50,821 nucleotides of DNA from an uncultured bacterium (GTDB lineage Bacteria > Fidelibacterota > Marinisomatia > Marinisomatales > AB-629-J13): contig CAYSQB010000005.1 of assembly GCA_964433085.1 (NCBI GenBank), forward strand, positions 1 to 50,821. The letters are read 5' to 3'. The notes beneath the pieces were generated by a model. It was not told the origin of the DNA. It searched no databases and was given only the letters and a program-made list of their open reading frames with translations. Position numbers and translations under genes: made by a program. Shown piece by piece: positions 47,675 through 50,821 of this stretch (the stretch's first letter is position 1; every line of letters starts with the position of its first letter).

Positions 47675-48699
47675 GTTTTCTTACATAAAATATAATATGC
47701 CAAAACAATACTTCCCCTGAACATGTTTTTGATAATATCTCTGTCTCTGACAGATTTTATGTATTTATTTTTCCGTCGTTTTTTTAATATTAAATGAGGG
47801 TGCGAAATCAACCAAAAAATAGCCATACCGATAGCAGCCATGTGCTTCCAGTCGAGTTTTGACATGGCATAAAAAAAAGCAATTATATCAAGAGCTATTC
47901 GGAGAGGTAAAAAATAAATAGTCAGTGGAATAGAGTAGTTGCTGCACAGCATGTACAGTGAATTCCGGTGATTGAGATAATATTTTTTTTGGGAATACAT
48001 GGGAAGAGTGACAGCATTTTTGTGATACACCTTACTCGATGGTTCTACTAAAACTCTGTAACCCAGCATATGGAATCTCCAGCACAAATCAATTTCCTCC
48101 ATATGGGCAAAAAAGGTTTTATCAAACCTCCCTACTTGCTCAAATAGGTTTTTCCGAACTATGATTGCTGTTCCCGAAGCCCAAAAAACATTGTTTACTT
48201 CGTTATACTGACCGGTATCAATCTCCTGTTTAAAAAAGATACGGCCTCTCGCAAATGGATAGCACAAAATATCCATGTGTCCCCCACAACCACCTGCGTA
48301 ATCAAAAAGGTCCTGCTGAAAATAATTCAATATTTTTGGTTGTACAGCTGCAATGGATTTATCCTGTTCAAGTTGTGTTACAAGGGGCTCTATCCAGTTA
48401 TGTGCATGTGTAGTATCATTATTCAAAAAAAGTAGATATTTCCCATTTGCTATGATTGCCCCACGATTACATCCCCCTGCAAATCCTTCATTTGTTTTGT
48501 TTTCCACTAAATTAACTTCCGGGAAATACTGTTTTATTTTTTCAGAACTCCCATCTTCTGATGCATTATCTGTTACAATTATTTCACAGTTTTGATAGGA
48601 TATGTTTTTTAGTGATTCTAAACATTCCTCTAAAATGGAATAGTTATTCCAATGGGGAATAATGATGGAAACGAGCGGATGAGATTTTGATAATTTCAA
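47641..48699 (-). CDS. Glycosyltransferase family 2
   Basis: VSIIIPHWN, DNASEDGS, NEGFAGGCN, LNNDT, FWASG, FFAHMEEIDLCWR. Confidence 0.93.
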   Translation of the reverse strand: MKLSKSHPLVSIIIPHWNNYSILEECLESLKNISYQNCEIIVTDNASEDGSSEKIKQYFPEVNLVENKTNEGFAGGCNRGAIIANGKYLLFLNNDTTHAHNWIEPLVTQLEQDKSIAAVQPKILNYFQQDLFDYAGGCGGHMDILCYPFARGRIFFKQEIDTGQYNEVNNVFWASGTAIIVRKNLFEQVGRFDKTFFAHMEEIDLCWRFHMLGYRVLVEPSSKVYHKNAVTLPMYSQKKYYLNHRNSLYMLCSNYSIPLTIYFLPLRIALDIIAFFYAMSKLDWKHMAAIGMAIFWLISHPHLILKKRRKNKYIKSVRDRDIIKNMFRGSIVLAYYILCKKTYREIVTNAES

Positions 48700-48742
48700 A
48701 GAAAATATATGGCAGACAGGTTAAATAACCAGAAATTTTTGA

Positions 48743-50821
48743 CTAATTGTTTAGATCATCTAACATTTTACGCGCGGTATCGTCTGTTGGATTTCTTTCA
48801 AGCCAATCATTTAAAACCAGCTCAGCTTTCTTGTCATCTCCTACTCCTTGATAAGCCAGTATAAGCGATGATATAATTTCAGGATAAATAGCATCCCATT
48901 TATTCCAGGATTTAGCAGAAACGCTATTTGGATTTTTTTTGTATGATTCTTCTAGACTGCGATAATGGCTGTTCATTTCCTCGAATAAATTGATAGCTTT
49001 ATCATAATCTTTCAATTCTTGTATATAGGTTTGCCCAAATCTTATTTTGTTATCTAGAGAAACTCTTTCCCTAGAAGATAGCTTATCTAAAATAGTCCGG
49101 AAACGGTCTTTTTCTCCAACTTGACTGTAAATCTGTCCAATCTGATAATATAAATCAATGGATGGGATTGGTATGGTCTTTTCAGGGAGGTTCAAAGCCA
49201 TTTGATCCAGTACTGATAAAACCGTTTTTCTCTCTCTTTCTGTCTCCTCTTCTGAAGTTTTAGTTTGTTTTAAATTTTGATATTTAAAATAATGGTGAAC
49301 GGCTAACTGAAGATAAGCACTGCGGTAGTTTTGGAGGAGTCGAATGATTTGGTCGTTAAAATGAACATTCTCATTACCGAGATTTCGAAAAAGATATCCT
49401 GGTTGATATTTGTCAGACCAGCTAAGTGCACCTTGGGATGAATTATTTGATGTTGAAGATACATGAGTAAAATTATTGTGCCACGTGGAATCACCTAATT
49501 CCGTCATCAAATAATCATACATTTTTTCCGGTTCTATGCTATCTACCTTATGGTCATTCAATTTAAAGGTGAGTCCTTCCATTGCCAAATAGTTATCCAA
49601 ACCAATTTTATTTGAAGGTGAAACCGTTACAGCAAAATAAATAGGATATTTCCATTTGGTATCGTTTATGATTTGCATGACCATCACATCTTGAACCTTT
49701 AAAGCTTGTCCGCCATAGGTGGGTTTTACCTTCCAGGTAATTTGTTTTTCAGTTGTATCATAGGGCAATGTAACATTTCTTGTTTTCCAGCGGGTTAAAT
49801 TGGAAGCAAGTGCATTAATTTGTTTATCATCAAGAAAAATAAATTGTTTATCTGGAGGGCGAACATCCCTTAATTGTTTAATATACCATGCGGTATTCAG
49901 CAAACTTAAATTGGCAACAGTAACATCTTTTCTGATTCCTTCCACCTCTTGAAGGTACCAAAGTGGAAACGTATCGTTATCTCCATTAGTAAAAATAATT
50001 CCGTCAGTTTCACATGATTGGAGCATATTATAACTCATATCCCAAGCGACAAAATTTCCACTACGGTCATGCTCTCTATAATTTGCCCTGAGCATAACGA
50101 AAGGAACCAACATAAGTTGAAGCCCAATAATAAAATAAGCAAAATGGTGTCGCCAAGGTTGAGATTTAAAGTAAAATAAACATTTTTCCAAAATGGCAGA
50201 ACTACCAATCCCTACCCATACGGAAAAGGCTAGGAAACTTCCTACGTAAGAATAATCTCTTTCTCGGGGTTGAGGGTTGTCCTGATTTAAATAAATTATA
50301 ATAGCTAAACCAGTCATAAAAAATAATGTAAAAAGAGAAAAAGCTTGTTTTTCATCCCGGTAAAAATGAAAAAACATTCCACCTACACCTAAAATTAGTG
50401 CAAGAGGAAATCCAAATTGTGCCCAATCCACACCATCCTCTCGTGTGTTTGCTCCAAATGCGGTCACCCTATCGTCAGTAGATTCACCTCTACCTGCAAA
50501 TTGCCATAAAAAATATCGCCAATACATTTTTTTTACTTGATAATTCCAAAAAAATGACCACTGTTTATCTGAATTATAAAGCATGTACTTTCTATTTTGT
50601 GATGCAGAATAATCCCCATTATTTTTTGGGTATCCTACAACTTCATGTTGGGGAGGTAACCCCTTATATCGTCTTGGGAATCTTCCTACAGCACCATACT
50701 GTTCCCGTTCAAGATAAGAAATAGCAGATGCAATGGTTTCTGGATCATTTTCATCTATAACTGGGTCTTGTCCCGACCGAATAAAAATAATGGTATAGCT
50801 AGAATATCCAATAAGAATTAA
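48743..50821 (-). CDS. DUF2723 family (GT-C / TMEM260-like) membrane protein, 5' truncated by window edge
   Basis: Frame open to 50821 (IFIRSGQDPVIDENDP..SYLEREQYG); MYWRYFLWQFAG, QPRERDYSYVGSF, FTNGDNDTFPLWYLQEVEG, NLSLLNT.WY; TPR-like C-terminus. Confidence 0.9.
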   Translation of the reverse strand, partial: LILIGYSSYTIIFIRSGQDPVIDENDPETIASAISYLEREQYGAVGRFPRRYKGLPPQHEVVGYPKNNGDYSASQNRKYMLYNSDKQWSFFWNYQVKKMYWRYFLWQFAGRGESTDDRVTAFGANTREDGVDWAQFGFPLALILGVGGMFFHFYRDEKQAFSLFTLFFMTGLAIIIYLNQDNPQPRERDYSYVGSFLAFSVWVGIGSSAILEKCLFYFKSQPWRHHFAYFIIGLQLMLVPFVMLRANYREHDRSGNFVAWDMSYNMLQSCETDGIIFTNGDNDTFPLWYLQEVEGIRKDVTVANLSLLNTAWYIKQLRDVRPPDKQFIFLDDKQINALASNLTRWKTRNVTLPYDTTEKQITWKVKPTYGGQALKVQDVMVMQIINDTKWKYPIYFAVTVSPSNKIGLDNYLAMEGLTFKLNDHKVDSIEPEKMYDYLMTELGDSTWHNNFTHVSSTSNNSSQGALSWSDKYQPGYLFRNLGNENVHFNDQIIRLLQNYRSAYLQLAVHHYFKYQNLKQTKTSEEETERERKTVLSVLDQMALNLPEKTIPIPSIDLYYQIGQIYSQVGEKDRFRTILDKLSSRERVSLDNKIRFGQTYIQELKDYDKAINLFEEMNSHYRSLEESYKKNPNSVSAKSWNKWDAIYPEIISSLILAYQGVGDDKKAELVLNDWLERNPTDDTARKMLDDLNN

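Noticed and set aside
611-49494. Many 60-160 aa alternative-frame and antisense ORFs in the track (e.g. 2579-2896, 15483-15812, 23767-24246, 46168-46548)
   Set aside because: They lie over well-supported genes and show no recognisable motifs; treated as shadow ORFs.

Overview
AT-rich bacterial chromosome segment of mostly housekeeping genes. The gene repertoire (T9SS-type C-terminal sorting domain, DUF2723, DUF4835/PorD-like, archaeal/eukaryote-type ProRS, DGGGP-synthase-like UbiA) suggests an FCB-superphylum organism, plausibly Candidatus Marinimicrobia; this is inference. Layout: (1) minus-strand eno-ftsB and proS-recO-hypothetical-rhomboid; (2) a surface-glycan cluster (GNAT, flippase, glycosyltransferases, methyltransferase, radical SAM, GT9 remnant); (3) two paralogous ~70-aa membrane proteins bracketed by strong hairpins; (4) a long plus-strand run amiC-murI-folC-rho-[solo Cas6b-like]-aminotransferase-rpmE-DUF1385-prfA-prmC-UbiA-dnaE-dtd and peptidases; (5) a minus-strand run DUF3228-lipase-marR-mutY-plsC-LTA synthase family-PCD; (6) M14 peptidase, DUF4835, GT2 and a partial DUF2723. 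Top observations: a stand-alone Cas6b-like gene, apparently lacking the His-x-His motif and carrying a Lys-rich tail, sits inside the rho-rpmE-prfA cluster with no cas genes or array in the window; and three copies of one glycosyltransferase 5' end mark a cassette-accretion site in the glycan locus. No tRNA, rRNA, transposase or bona fide CRISPR array was seen. All family calls come from motif recognition by eye, not database searches.
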